From contig NC_092678.1 of the NCBI RefSeq assembly GCF_964355755.1, positions 25,809,365-25,873,364 of the forward strand: a stretch of 64,000 nt of DNA. The letters are read 5' to 3'. The stretch's first letter is position 1; the number at the start of each line of letters is the position of its first letter. A program made the translations under genes and the position numbers. This DNA is from Antedon mediterranea (Eukaryota; Animalia; Echinodermata). Positions 37,748-51,845 of this stretch are shown piece by piece. The notes under the pieces are model-generated. The model was not told where the DNA came from and made no database searches. It saw nothing but the letters and a program-made list of their open reading frames with translations.

Positions 37748-38931
37748 TAAGAAATACATATACAGTAGTCAAAGTGTGGGTTATGTAGAAAAAATGAAAG
37801 AATTGCTGTTATTGATTCTACCAATCTATCTAATCTGAGTGGAAAGTCTCAGGAGTGTCTGAACATTATTGATTGTATGTATTCAATGAATGTTCGTAAG
37901 TTTAAGTTCTCTAGTGTATGCAACATGAACAACACATTTATTAACTTGCTTCAAAATAATTAGTTTTATTGAATTATAATATGAACTAGTATAAAGGATT
38001 TAAGAAAGGAAAACAAGAAGTTAATTATGTTAAAATCGAAAGATAGTTTTGTAGATTGAAGCGGAGTGGGCTATGATTCAGCTTAAATCTAACCCAACCT
38101 GATTCTGAACCCCATGAGATTGGCATTTTCCATCCCCTTCCATTTTGTTGGATCCTCAGTTGGAACTTGTACTGTTTAATGTCCTGGTTGTTTTCTGTTG
38201 TTTTGTCTTGTCCTGTGTCCCGCTTGTCTTTGTCCCTTTGTTTTGTGTCCCAGGCAGACCTGACTCAAGTTCCTGTATCTTTCTGGCATCCTGCCTTCTT
38301 CTTTTCCCCCAGATTTATTGTTATTTGTATCTGTTATTTCTTATTTATTCCATTATTGTTTCAATCTTAAAAAGGAGTAAAAATTGTTATTTTGAATTTA
38401 AAAAAAAAATGAACCGGTAGTCTGTAGTGTTAATATACAACCATTAAATCTAGTATTTCCTGCCTCTTCACTTCTCAATTTAAATTAATTTCTTTATAAG
38501 AAAATAACATGGTATATTGCTGAAAAGATCTTCATGGCCGTTTTGGTTTGAATACAATTGCTGTACGCTATATTAAATTGAGCATTGAATAGACTAAGCA
38601 TAGTAATAATGATGTAGTTTATAGCTATTGTTAAATGATGTATGCACTTTTAGAATTTGTAAATTATCCATAAAAATTTGATGCACATCATGGTAGCACT
38701 TTCGATCATCACACAGGGACTCTTTTAAATCACAAGTTTTTCTTGAGAACAAACAACTGCTGAATGTTCATTAGATGAATGTTACAATAAGAGTATCTTG
38801 CCAAATGAGAATTTGACCATTACAAGTATTTAACCATTACAAGTATTTGACCGTTACAAGTATTTAACCATTACAAGTATATGTTACTCATCTAATTACT
38901 GAAGTACCATTGTACATTAATAATACATATA

Positions 38932-39783
38932 GGGCCTGTTTCTATAGAGCAGAGAATACGGTTTTGAATACCGTTCTTTTCAAGAACCGTTTTTTCTTGC
39001 CAGCAGAAATGGGTCCCCACAAAAAACCACAAAAAAGAACCGATCTTAAAAACGGTTTCAAAAACCCCAATTGATTGCGGTCTCGATCGCAAAGAACCGT
39101 TCTGAAACCGGTTTCCGCGGAGCAATTTTTAGCTGCAACACAATCGCGGTCTCAATTTGACCCCAAAAACTGAACTCTGCAGTCTGCTGCACTGGGATGA
39201 TTGCGGTCATCTCGCAGTCAAACTCGCGCGATAGGACCTAGGCCTAAGTCATTTTTATTTCTCTAGATAGTGAGTATTTTATTTAACTAAAAAATGTTGA
39301 CCGATGCCATTACGAGGTTCGTAAAAAATATGTGAAGGAAAGAAGATGAGGGGACTTGTCGGGAGTCGGAAGAAAGACTCACGTATAGGCCTACATGTTT
39401 TTAAGATTAAGAATATTGTAAAGCGTGTGAAAAATAGACGAGTTCAACTTGACAATATCAGAGGGTGCGACGTACCTATACTTTAACCAAGGACCACAAT
39501 AACGTTTCAGGTAATAATTCCCCTTCTATGATGAAATGGATGCTATTTCTTGGGGATCGCGCTATGCGAAAAAAAGTAAACATGACCACGATCAAATCGC
39601 GCTTCCGCCTAACGAACTGCATTGTGGTGTATATAATGACGTCATTCATAACGAACGCACATGGACGGAACCGGTTTTATTGGAGTAAAAATTGAGCTGC
39701 AACGCGATCTTTATTTATAAACAACAGCCGAAACCGGTTTCCAAAAAACCGTTCTTTTTTTATTTTTCAATAGAAACAGGCCC
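38932..39783. mobile_element. Non-autonomous DNA transposon, ~850 bp, PIF/Harbinger-like
   Basis: Perfect terminal inverted repeats GGGCCTGTTTCTAT / ATAGAAACAGGCCC; flanks ATA / TTA; repeated subterminal AACCG/CGGTT motifs; CpG-rich relative to the host DNA. Confidence 0.8.
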
Positions 39784-39789
39784 TTACAG

Positions 39790-39918
39790 TTCATGTTATT
39801 GTTTTATGATTACATGATGGCAATAACATTAACACAGTCAGTTGTTGATATCACATGTTATTGTTTTATGATTACATGATGGCAATAACATTAACACAGT
39901 CAGTTGTTGATATCACAT
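39790..39918. repeat. About 62-bp tandem duplication immediately after the transposon end
   Basis: catgttattgttttatgattacatgatggcaataacattaacacagtcagttgttgatatca x2. Confidence 0.88.
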
Positions 39919-40364
39919 ATGTTTTTTTTGGTGTCTGAATTAGACCATACAATGTGAATGTTCTCATTATGTGAATTGAACACATAATATTAACCTTCAG
40001 TAGTTTTAATGCATTTGAGTCTCACAGCAAATGCTTGTAATGAGGTCTTACACAAATGTTGGCCTAAAAGCCCCACATGATTTTAAAGATAATGTACAAA
40101 TTCCTTACGTGTAATTCATAATTAATTTATGATAGACTTAATCTGATGAAACTTTAATTATTATTAATGTGTCATGTACAGTAGGGTTTGGCACAAATTA
40201 ACACATTGATTATTGTTTTTTGTCAGTGCCAATAACAATAGTACTGTACTTATATCTAAATAAGAATTGAACTTAGGGTCCTAGGATTGGAAGCTAAGCA
40301 TGTTGGTGGTTCCCTTTTAAGTGATCCAGTGTGCCAAATTTATTTATGTGTTAAAATTTATTTA

Positions 40365-40680
40365 TTCTTTATACTGGGTAGCCTCTTCAGTCTACCCAGA
40401 AGGCCCAGTGTATATATATTATGATGAGTTTGTGATAGTGGCTGTGTGACGTATACTAGTACACTGGAGTACTCCCTCCTCGTCTTGAAAGATGTACTAG
40501 GTTCTTTAAAGTGCACATGAGCCAGATGTGTAAATTGGACCTATGGTTTATAGTCCTTATTTATTTAACAATATTTAACTAGGGTGGCACAATCAGTCAA
40601 AAAGACTGGTATCCCTTGGGGAGAAGACTTGTTCTACCACCAGAACCATGGAGCGAGTGAGCCTCAAACCCTTTCTGATG
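40365..40680 (-). mobile_element. Deu-domain SINE remnant, interrupted by a ~60-bp insert
   Basis: Minus strand aaggactataaaccataggtcc...gtgcactttaaagaacctagtacatctttcaagacgaggagggagtactccagtgtactag resembles the Deu-SINE central domain (recalled consensus). Confidence 0.55.
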
Positions 40681-40834
40681 TTTATGGCTACGTATTACAA
40701 ATTATTTTGTGGTTGCCATTTGTATAGTATACAAGAAACAGCATCAGTTGCCATGATAATAGCTGATTGTTGATGATCGCCATGTTTATCTCTTTAAAGT
40801 AATTACATTAACCAAGTATAGTGGCACTTTACTC

Positions 40835-40976
40835 TAGTCAGCCTACAGTTGATCATGGCCTTGAGGCTCCATATTATATTGTGTGCTAGTTGGCGTGGGT
40901 TAGGGTTAGGGTTAGTCAGCCTACAGTTGATCATGGCCTTGAGGCTCCATATTATATTGTGTGCTAGTTGGCGTGG
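40835..40976. repeat. 64-bp direct duplication separated by a short (TTAGGG)n tract
   Basis: Copies at 40835-40898 and 40913-40976; GGGTTAGGGTTAGGGTTAG at 40897-40915. Confidence 0.9.
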
Positions 40977-41881
40977 ATATGAAATTATTGTATACTCATT
41001 TAAAGAATATAATTTGAGTGATTTTCCTATAAGGAATTTCAATTCATTACCATATAATTTACAAGCATCTCGCGTAGTCTTTCAATTCAAGCAAAATAAA
41101 TGAACTGCCAGACGGACACTGGATTTTTAAAAAAATGCCCAGACATCGGACAAGCTAAAGAATTCAAAATGTTGTTTACCAAATTGTTGGTGTGTGTAGG
41201 CAAAATTTAGACACAATTATTCATGGGGTTCGTTTTTTGCTGTATAATTTCTAAATACTACTTTTAATCAACCAAGTGACGTTGACTTAAATAAAACTAA
41301 ATGTGATACTGTGTAAATATAAAGGCATTTAACATTCTACGTTAATCTCCAAATATCTGGTTTTCCGAATGATTATTGTATTGAAACTGAAAACTACTTT
41401 TAAAACAACTTTCAGAAATGGTTTGAAAATAATTGCTACTGAAAATGCTTAAAAAATAGTCCGATATACAGTACAGCTGTTATGCAAACATTAACTTTGA
41501 GGTCATAAAAATAATTTACTATTTCAATAACTTATGTTTATAAGATTAATATGCATTATATTATTATTATATCAGAACAAAAATTGCAACATCTATTCTA
41601 CTTTGTATTTTTAAAACACTTTTTGTTTTAGTAGTAGTAATAGTTTTCCATCTATTTATTTTTGTATTTTAGTCAAATGTGGTTGATATTCATGGTTTAG
41701 AATGTTTGGATAGTATAATGAGATTGATCATATATCTATCTATCAGTTCGTATAATTAGAGTTCACAGAGCTTGTCTCAAAATAACCCAGAGGACAGATA
41801 CAATATAATATGAATACAAGTTTGACGTTATTGTAGTTCTGGTAGTATAATCTTTTCTTTTTAGCAAATGATTAGAATTAA

Positions 41882-42507
41882 AGCCCCATTCCCTACGTTT
41901 TTTAGATCTAATTTAAGATCACAAACTATATTTAATGTAAAAATAATACTATATGGTCCTATTGCGATTAAATTTTTCGTCTTTAAACGGTTAAAAATGT
42001 GAAAAATAAATCGATTCTAATAATTATAGCGGCCCGCTATAAATCCCAAAATGCATTGCGCGCGGATTGATATTTTTGTTTTTCACCTGTAATTCGCCCA
42101 CTTTTCGATCGATCGTGAAGCCAAAACAAATGGAAGACTCCTAACTTTTCAGCGAAAATACCGGGTTTTCCCCAATTTGTATCAACGGAGTCTGGCAAAA
42201 ATAGAAAGACAATTAATGCAGCAACTATACAACGTCAGGCTAGGTATATAGCTAGCGTACGATGTTCGTACGTTATCGATGTTTACCAGCTAGGCCTACA
42301 AAACTAAGCCTAGCTAGGCTAGGCCTAAGACCGTCCACGAGAGGTTGATCGCCGCGAGCTACTTAGGTAGTGCATTGTTTCTCACTTTTTATCATAATTT
42401 ACCATAAAACGTACATTTAAGACAAGGAATGACATGGTTTAATGTTTTTAAAGTGATATATATGTATTATTTTCCAAAAAACGTCCAAAATTGCAGGGAA
42501 GGGGTCT
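41882..42507. mobile_element. Non-autonomous DNA transposon with TTAA target duplication (Kolobok-like)
   Basis: TTAA|AGCCCCATTCCCTAC...GCAGGGAAGGGGTCT|TTAA; imperfect inverted ends starting AG; CpG-rich interior. Confidence 0.7.
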
Positions 42508-44014
42508 TTAAGTTTCAAATGCTTTATTGATTTTATTGTAAAGGTAGCTCATCTTAATACATATAGGGACATTTTTTTTCTCAAATCTTTTTCTTATGAC
42601 ATTTTCATATTACACAACTAATTTAGACAGACTTGATTAAATCATTGTCTCTATCTAATGGAGGATACTACTTCATGGCTATTGTAAATAAAATATTATA
42701 ATGAGTCTAGGAAGCTATTTTAAATAATTACTATTGTATGTCATAGTGTACATTTATACATTAATAACATTATAATGTCATTTCCTGCGCATTAATTATA
42801 ACTGATGTGGATGCATTAGTTATAAAAACAATAAAATCGTGACATCAATGTAAATATGTATATGACCTGGTTTGATGCGATAATACTTGCAGTATTTATC
42901 ACGCATTAAGCTGACCTGGATTTATATTTCCAATTGAATAATATAATTTAAAATTTTGATTGTGATTTATTTTTTCTAAATCATAAAAGATGTGTGAGTC
43001 TACCTCTTGCTGTGCTTATCTTTGGAGGCAAAAATTATGCTAAAATGTGTAAATTCATTCATTCAAATTAATTGTTAAATTTTTTGTTTTTTTTAAATTA
43101 TTATTAACAGTTATACAGCAATTTAAGAGCAGAAAGCAAAAACTTGTGAAGGGCTGCCAACAAACAGAATATACTTAAATAATTTAAATAAATAGTATAG
43201 CAATATGATATGTAAAAATAAATTATTATTATTATTATTTTAGTCAATAGAATTTTTGAAAATATCCTGTATCATAGACCTAATTTAAATTTCTATTCTG
43301 ATGAAAAAACCTTCCTTGCATATTTCAGATTTTTAAAAATGTATTTTTATAAGAAACCTCTGATAATGACTATAATCTTAATTTGATGTCTTTTTATTTA
43401 CTTTAACCTTGGTTTTCGATCGATACTGCGTAGCAAATTGGAATTCATTTTCTCCTTTGGTTTTAATCAAATTAATCAAACATTACAAATATGAAAGGCT
43501 AATGAAACCAACGCATCCAACAGCCCACCAATAATTCTAAAATAGTAACAAGAAAAAATGAGAGGCAAATGCAAATTGGTTGGTATTATTTAGGATTAAT
43601 ACATAATTTACTAAAGTAAAAAAAATATTTCTAAAATTGAACGCCAAGTATTTCATAAAGAGTTGGATTAAAAAAGATAAAATAAATAAAGACAGATCAG
43701 GTTAACTTTTGAAATTTAAAACATATTATTTGATTAAGTAGCTGAATCGATTGGTTTTAAGCATTTACTTAAATCTCAATCTCAACAAAATTGCTAATGA
43801 AACATTTGGGTTCTCTCACTGGTTTAGTTGCAGGTGGATTGTAACCATAGAAACCTTGTTACTATGCTACGTAAAAGCTATGTACATAAATTGGAATAAT
43901 ATCTCAACCAGAAATTACAAAACACTAATTCAAAAAAATGTATTGTTTTTAGAAATTTACTGGATAGTCAATTTGATGATATCCATATTTGAATGATTTC
44001 AATTTTCCTGCTAA

Positions 44015-44162
44015 AGCTCTGTCTACACTATCAAAAAAAGTGTGATGTGCTCAAATATGGCAGTGATATTCTTAAATATGGTAGTAATATGACATCATTA
44101 CATTCATATTCGGGCACATCACATTGTTTTGTCACATAAAGTTTGATAGTGTAGACAGAGCT
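44015..44162. mobile_element. ~140-bp MITE copy (PIF/Harbinger-like)
   Basis: TAA|AGCTCTGTCTACACTATCAAA...TTTGATAGTGTAGACAGAGCT|TAT; 21-bp perfect TIR. Confidence 0.88.
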
Positions 44163-45150
44163 TATTGGGAAAATCCAGACTGATACAATAATAATACACA
44201 ACAATATAACCTGTGGAAAGTGTATTATTTTGATGTTTAATTGATTTTCAGTGTCTTCCTAATAAATGAACAGAGTACATTATAAATGTGGTATAATTTA
44301 TGAAATGATTAGTTTATTGATAAACTGTACTGTTATCGCCAAAGCCACAACTTGGATGAATCTCATATTATAAATTCAATTAGCGATTAATATGTCTATA
44401 TTGTCTGAATATAAACATACATATTGCGGAATATATTACCTAGCAACCAGTTTCATTCATTAACAGAACGTTTAAAATTTAACAGATTTGAGCGTTAAAA
44501 ATTACTTATGCTCAACCTATTTCTGTGTCGGGTTTAAATCTGCTTTTCTTCTTCTGAACCGAAATGATTTACCATTTATACCAATTTTATTAATGTTGTA
44601 GAATAATGACAGAAATAGACTCTCTTTCCAGTAACATGCCCTTAAGAGATTGAGGCTATTATATGCCTATGGAGTATTACAAACCACCTATTATATCTGT
44701 TAATCAATATTAATTATTGGAAAGTAATGAAGTGTTCTATACAATTGGCTTTCTTCTTTTCCAATTTGGAGTTCGCAGACCTTGTGAAAAAACATGTTGT
44801 TAGTGACGAGTGATAAGAAAAGTGAAATCTGTACATTAATTGAGTCATTTAATGTAGAAAGTGCCGTACCAACAACAAAGTCTTGTAATCCAAAATACTT
44901 AGAATGAACATTTCCGAAAAGAGCAATATAACTCATGTATTTACCAACATTTTATGTAAATTTAATTATTTTATAAAAAATATTTAATTAATTAATTAAT
45001 TTAATGTAATATGTCGCCTATTTGTTATGTCAATAGAATACTGTAATTTGCATCCAAATTATTCCACAAAATAATATATTTATTGATATAAAAGTTTTGT
45101 TCTGTCCACGTAGAGCTATTTATTAAGTACACATTGTTCAAATGATAAGT

Positions 45151-45213
45151 TACTGGTAATTAAGTTATTGTAAATATAGTAATACTATATTTAAAATAAC
45201 TTAATTACCAGTA
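45151..45213. repeat. 63-bp near-perfect AT-rich palindrome
   Basis: TACTGGTAATTAAGTTATTGTAAATATAGTA-A-TACTATATTTAAAATAACTTAATTACCAGTA; 31-bp arms, one mismatch. Confidence 0.9.
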
Positions 45214-48200
45214 GACAATGGTAAAGTCCTGATCTGTTGTTATTATGCTCCACCATTTTGTTATTTAAAGATTTACACCGAGGATTAGTAAAATTAACGT
45301 TGGAATTTGCATTTTACATAACACAATAATATACTAATGCGACATTTATATAGCTCTATGTTTGGTGATTATCACACAATACATTAGCAATGTTTTCCAT
45401 GTTCCGACAACAACTGAATTTACATTAAATTATATTACAATATTTTCAGTAGCTTTTGTGTGTCAGTGGAGTGTTATCTGTTTGCAGTACCTTAGGCTAC
45501 TACTTGTCAGTATCAATCAATCCTTATATAAATTCATGTACATGCTCTACCACACAAAAACATACGAGATACGATTACAATGGCGGTTACATCCTGCAAC
45601 ATATGCACGGTTAATTCTAATGAACTTTATATGCTGTTTGCGGCTTTCGAATAGAAAACAATCAAATGCAATCGGAAGATTAATCAATTCGAAATCTCTT
45701 TGAAAGACGACAATTTCAATATTAAAAACGCAGTCGTCGGAGTTTGGTCTGTTAAGTGCCCGATGATGCGCGACATTAAACAGCCATACAAAGGTCTGGT
45801 TTTAGTATCCATAAATTTGTCAATTTTACAGTTTCAAGAAAACTTGCTGTTTAAGAAGAAAGTCAACAAAGTTTAATAATTGTGCAATGATATCAAAATG
45901 ATACCATGTTGATAGTGAAAATGAGATGCCATCCAATTGGATTTGAACATTTCCTCTACTGGTCTAGTGGTATGGTGTAAATAAAAAAATCAACATTTAA
46001 ACTTTGTAATTAATTTGACTTATTTATGCGTATTTTTATTAAAATAGATTTAATTTGTTAGGAAATATATTGTACTTTAAATAAACAATAACACAATAAA
46101 TACATAGTTGCACTCTTTATAATATTGATTCAGTGAAAATATATTGAAACGCTTTCTGAATAGACATTGATTTCAAAGTGTACAAATAAATATTGGAGTA
46201 ATATAACAAATCGTGAAAATCATTTTTAATAACATGCAACAGCTTGTTTTATAGATCAGTTGAATCATGTCTGCTGGAAATTGTATTTATTTAGCTCCAT
46301 AGCTAAGAGATGGCAACAGGTTTCATAAAACAGGCAACTGCCCATAAAATGTTCTAGTCAGTATAAAAAAACGACACAATATACATACATACATTCACAA
46401 TCTACTAGAAAACTTAAATATTTTGATAATATTTATTTTATTTTATTCAATCGAAACGAACAACGATAATTACCGCCACTAACAGGTTTGATACAAACAA
46501 AGCCAGGACTGTTTAAAGCACCTTGATTGGTCCTAACATATTGTTATTCATAATGCTTGACCATCAGTTGACATTGTATTGGACTCTAATACCATTCTGG
46601 GCTTCGAAGCATAACTGAATGTGGGTCACTAGAGGCACATAGCCCTATATAAACCCCCTAATAAGTTTCAAGTTATTTAAAATTACACTCATCTGTGTAA
46701 GGGTACATTCACACTTGTCCCCTAGCTAATACACTCATCTGTGTAAGGGTACATTCACACTTGTCCCCTAGCTAATGTGTAAGAGTACATTCGCACTTGT
46801 TCTATTTAACAGAAGACAGCGCGATTTGTCAATTATGAGAAAATCGTATGAAGGTGGTGAACTATAGATTAAGTGTAATAATTCTCCTTTCTGTAATTCT
46901 CTAATAAAGCAACTGGCTTGCTTTGGGGACCAAGCTTTAGGGCGAAAATCCCTGATATGACCCCTTCATGGCCATTTCATTTTTCAGCCTCAATGGTCCA
47001 TAGGGTGCTAGTCCATAACGGTGCTAGTCCATAGCGGTGCTAGTCCATAGGTGCAAACATGATGTAAAATAATCGTATACTGATGGAATAGTAGTATATT
47101 GTAATATTACAAAGTAGTTATGCATAAAATGACATATACAATATCATATCGGAAATATCAGTATTATGTTACTACTATATACACAGTAGTGACTTGCATA
47201 GTAATATAGTAAATGAATTTGCATTACTGTTGTATGATACAATATTACAAAACAATTGTGCCTCAATAATATTGATTTTGAAATGAATTGGATAAATATA
47301 CATTGCAATAATGAAGAAGGATGTGGTAAAATGGTTGATTGATTACTTGCTGCTGCTTGTGTAATTGATGAGGCTTGGTTCAAATCCAATTCTGTCCTTG
47401 TCGCAATTTCTAAATAATTTAACAAAAGCACATTTTGCTATCAATCCCTGACCAATGTACGTTATCACCAATATTGGATACAGATATACAGGTGGTTAGG
47501 ATGGTTTGGAGTGTTTTTAGTGTGGTTAGGTTTTTAGGATGGGTAAGCCAAAAGGCACATTTGGCATGCCATATACGTGACCGATTCTAAACACAACTAA
47601 TTTGAAACAAGACCGTATCTGTAGCCCATGAATACATATCTTTAATTACTTCCGTAGCACTGAATTGAGTTTTGTCAATTAGAATATTTAGTCAATTTCT
47701 TCAAAACCAAATAACAAAAAGAAATAATATTTGCTTAGCTTTCTCATTTGATTGCTTTAAGCCAGAATGGTATTAAGTAGCCTAAAGTGGTTTGCCACAA
47801 TATTCATCACAGAAAAAAATCTGTAGCAGATTTTGCTTATTTTTTTGTTGTTGATTGTAAATTATGCGAGGAAATTACTGTGACTGATTGAGATGGTGCA
47901 AAGGAAATAAAGAAGAGATAATTTTTAGATTTGTCCGATTCTTGGCCTTATTGCTTTTTTATTTCTGCCACTCCTTCTCTTTTCTGATATTCTTTTTTTT
48001 TTCTTATTGCATCTTTTATGAATTATTTGTTTCTTAATATTTGGATGCAAACTACAAACAACATTTAGATTTATAATTTGATTATTTAATCTCCTTTTAT
48101 TATAATGAACATTTATTTATTCATTTTTTTTATTTTGCTTCAATATTAATATAATTAATTAACACATGACGCAACTATATTGTAATGTTTGTAATTTATA

Positions 48201-48274
48201 CAGCTTGTAAAATTGCATTAATTATATAGTCTACTATGATACTTTATTTAATGCTAATTTCTTTTTGTTTTTAG

Positions 48275-48414
48275 GAAAAGATCGAGTATGCTTTTCTTGC
48301 GATTTTTACAGCCGAAGCAGTTCTTAAAATAATCGCATGTGGTTTTCTTATGCACAATGGAGCTTACTTACGAAATGCTTGGAATTTACTGGATTTTATT
48401 ATTGTTCTTATTGG
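48275..48414 (+). CDS. Cav1: Cav1 exon 4 (IS2-IS3)
   Basis: tttttag|[47 protein letters not shown]|gtaagt; 140 nt. Confidence 0.97.
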
Positions 48415-49845
48415 GTAAGTGTACTTTGACAGATTTATTGATTTTCATTAAAAATGACTATTATAAAACTTTAATGTTTTGTTTTATTATAATTGACAAC
48501 AAAAATCTATGAGTTATTAACCGTTTTATTAGTCTTTTTTAATCTTGTAAAAGACTATTGTAAATTGTGGGATATATATATGTTCTTCGTCAAATGATTT
48601 AGCGTATTCTTGTAATCATTATTATAATCATTATCTCTATCAACATTGTCACCCAACATTAACTATTGCATTTTGAATCAATATTTTGATATATTATAGT
48701 CTCGTGGCAATATGCATAAAAATTAAACTAAAACATCTTCTAAAATAAGTGGAGCATGAAATTTATTAAAAATATATATAAAACTACAACAGTATGTTGT
48801 TTAATTAATTAAAAACCCATAGCCTGATACATACAGTGTGATAACATCTTAGCAGAATATCATACTAATGGCTGATGGGTAACTTGGTTGCCATGGTTGC
48901 ACTTGAGATTAATCAGATGTTTCAATATGGTGGATCGGCCAGTGGCCTTAAGCAAATTAGACAATGAGAGAGAATCTCTGCATGAAAGGTCAAAGTTGAA
49001 AGATACGTTTAATGACATCCTTCTTGTATGGGTTATGTAATCATCATTTTATTTGTTTTCTCTGGATTTTATTTACTACTGAGTGTTTTATAATGCAAAA
49101 TGTTTTTAATTAAAAATAAGATAATTTTCAATAATGTTAAGTCCTGATAAATTTTAATTATGAAACATTAATTTAAAATGAAAAATAAGACAACAAATGA
49201 AAGATTTATATAAAATTAATTTTTTTTTTTTACATATTCTAAAATATTGATACTATATTGTTTAATGTTTATACTGTATGGTCCTATAGTTCACGCGGCC
49301 AGGATTTATATTATACCAAAGTAATCAGACTATAACTTGTAAAGCATGTGCTTTAGTTCTCATGCCCTAATTGGTATGTTAAGTACTCGCTGTTGCTGAC
49401 AAAAATACATTAATGCTCATTATTTTAGGCAGTCTTAATTTTTTCCGGAAAAGCAATGTTCGCAATATGATAATTATTAGATGATCAGCTGAAGTGACAG
49501 AGATGTTTTTATGTGGAAAATCCAAACATTTTAAGGGATATAAAATTAAGGGTTTTTAGCAGATATTGCGTGAGCTATTATGATAATGTCATGCATTAAT
49601 GAGATGATATGAACAGAAATGAACGTTTCACAATTTAAAAACAAGTTATTTATGGATTTCAAATATCAGTCAATCTTGCCATTTAGAAGCTAACGCTAAC
49701 ATGTAACATATCCTGTTGTAATCTGGTAGTATAGGTATTTCCTAGGAGTAGAACCAATAATGGACATTCCAAACTCCTCTCATCCAAACATTGTGGTTGA
49801 TATGATGTCATGGTGAAACATGTATTGTATTTATTCCTTCCATTT

Positions 49846-50222
49846 CATCAGGCCTAGATGTATTATACGCAGGGTAAACATCTGATTTACCCTGTTGGTA
49901 TCAGGCCTAGATGTATTATATGCAGGGTAAACATCTGATTTACCCTGTTGGTATCAGGCCTAGATGTATTATTATATGCCGGGTAAACATCTGATTTACC
50001 CTGTTGGTATCAGGCCTAGATGTATTATATGCAGGGTAAACATCTGATTTACCCTGTTGGTATCAGACCTAGATGTATTATATGCCGGGTAAACATCTGA
50101 TTTACCCAGTTGGTATAGGCCTAGATGTATTATATGCCGGGTAAACATCTGATTTACCCTGTTGGTATCAGGCCTAGATGTATTATATGCCGGGTAAACA
50201 TCTGATTTACCCTGTTGGTATC
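49846..50222. repeat. 53-bp minisatellite, about 7 copies, with an internal hairpin
   Basis: ATCAGGCCTAGATGTATTATATGC(A/C)GGGTAAACATCTGATTTACCCTGTTGGT. Confidence 0.95.
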
Positions 50223-51384
50223 TGGTAAAATGCACATCCCTAACTCCATCCACATAGAACTTTGTGGTTGATATGCCGTGGTAATGGAGAATTTAAGGTG
50301 AAAGAGAGTATTAGCTGCAATCACATTTGTGTCTGTCGATTCAGACTGTTTTAAATCCGTTCCATGAAGGCTTTCAGCCTAGTGAACACACCATTAATAT
50401 AGCATGAAGAATTCAAAATTTGTTTCTGATACGACAACCCCCTCCCCCCTCCCCCTATATACAATTAAATAAAAACAGTTAAAATATTTGCGGCATAAGA
50501 AATCATGAGTTTGTTGCAACAAAATATTTCCATTATGCATTTCAAAAAGCATTTTATTTTTAACGAGGAATTTAAAATAAAACTGATAAGCTATGTTTGT
50601 TAGTCTTGTTTTCATGATTTATCCAGCTCTAAGCATACTCAGCACGATGAGAACGGAATTAAGAATTACTTTTACTGTTTTTATAACGTTGTCTTAAAAT
50701 CTGATTTCAACATTTTAGAAATGTCGTCAGTTAAATCCTTTTGAAATTGACTTTGCTCTTTTTATAATAGTTTGAAATATCCACAATGTCAAAAGGTCAG
50801 AATTTTTAAGAATCATGGAGAATTTAACAATTTGCGATATTTCTTAATATTAGCTTCTGTAATATTAAAAAATGGGTAGTTTTTGTGATTTGGTTTTTAA
50901 TTGCGAATTTTAATTCATAGCAACTATTTTTATGTTTTTAATTGAAAGTATAATTCTATACTAATTCTTATGGTTATTTAGAATTGATTTTACTGCTGGT
51001 AACTATACTTGCATTTTTATCAGTCTTGTCAAATTATTTTCCTATATATATAAATGTTGGATAGATTTTTTTTTTTCAGCGCATCATTTAAGAAATAAAA
51101 AAAATAACAAAACATAAACGTGCCGTACGGTCTGCAATATTATTTATGAATAATTTATTTTAAACCTTTTGTCAAAATTATTTTCATTATTCTGACTTTT
51201 TCAAGGCCATTTTATAGCACACATTAATTATTAACGAGAGATATATTATTTTTATCGTATCGTAGTATAGACTGTAGTTTATATCCAATTTTTGAGGCAG
51301 AGAATATTAAATGTAACTCTTCTTTTTCGTTCCTGTTTCTCCCTTCATCCATTTGCTTTTTCTTCTTTTCCTCCTTCTCCTTTT

Positions 51385-51845
51385 CCTCCTTCTCCATTGT
51401 CATTTTTATTTTAGTGTACCATTAGGTAGGGAGAGATATATTATTTATTGTACTACACTGTAGTTTATATCTACTATTTGAGGCAGAGATGGTAATGTTC
51501 ATGCTTCACCTTCTTTCCTCCTTTTCCCTCCTTCTCCATTGTCATTTTTATTTTAGTGTACCATTAAGTAGGGAGAGATATATTATTTATTGTACTACAC
51601 TGTAGTTTATATCTACTATTTGAGGCAGAGATGGTAATGTTCATGCTTCACCTTCTTTCCTCCTTTTCCCTCCTTCTCCATTGTCATTTTTATTTTAGTG
51701 TACCATTAAGTAGGGAGAGATATATTATTTATTGTACTACACTGTAGTTTATATCTACTATTTGAGGCAGAGATGGTAATGTTCATGCTTCACCTTCTTT
51801 CCTCCTTTTCCCTCCTTCTCCATTGTCATTTTTATTTTAGTGTAC
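51385..51845. repeat. 142-bp tandem repeat, about 3 copies
   Basis: tctccattgtcatttttattttagtgtac recurs at 51391, 51533, 51675 and ~51817. Confidence 0.92.

Noticed and set aside
38892-39695. ORFs inside the 850-bp TIR element as transposase
   Set aside because: Short, no DDE or Myb-like motifs; the element appears non-autonomous.
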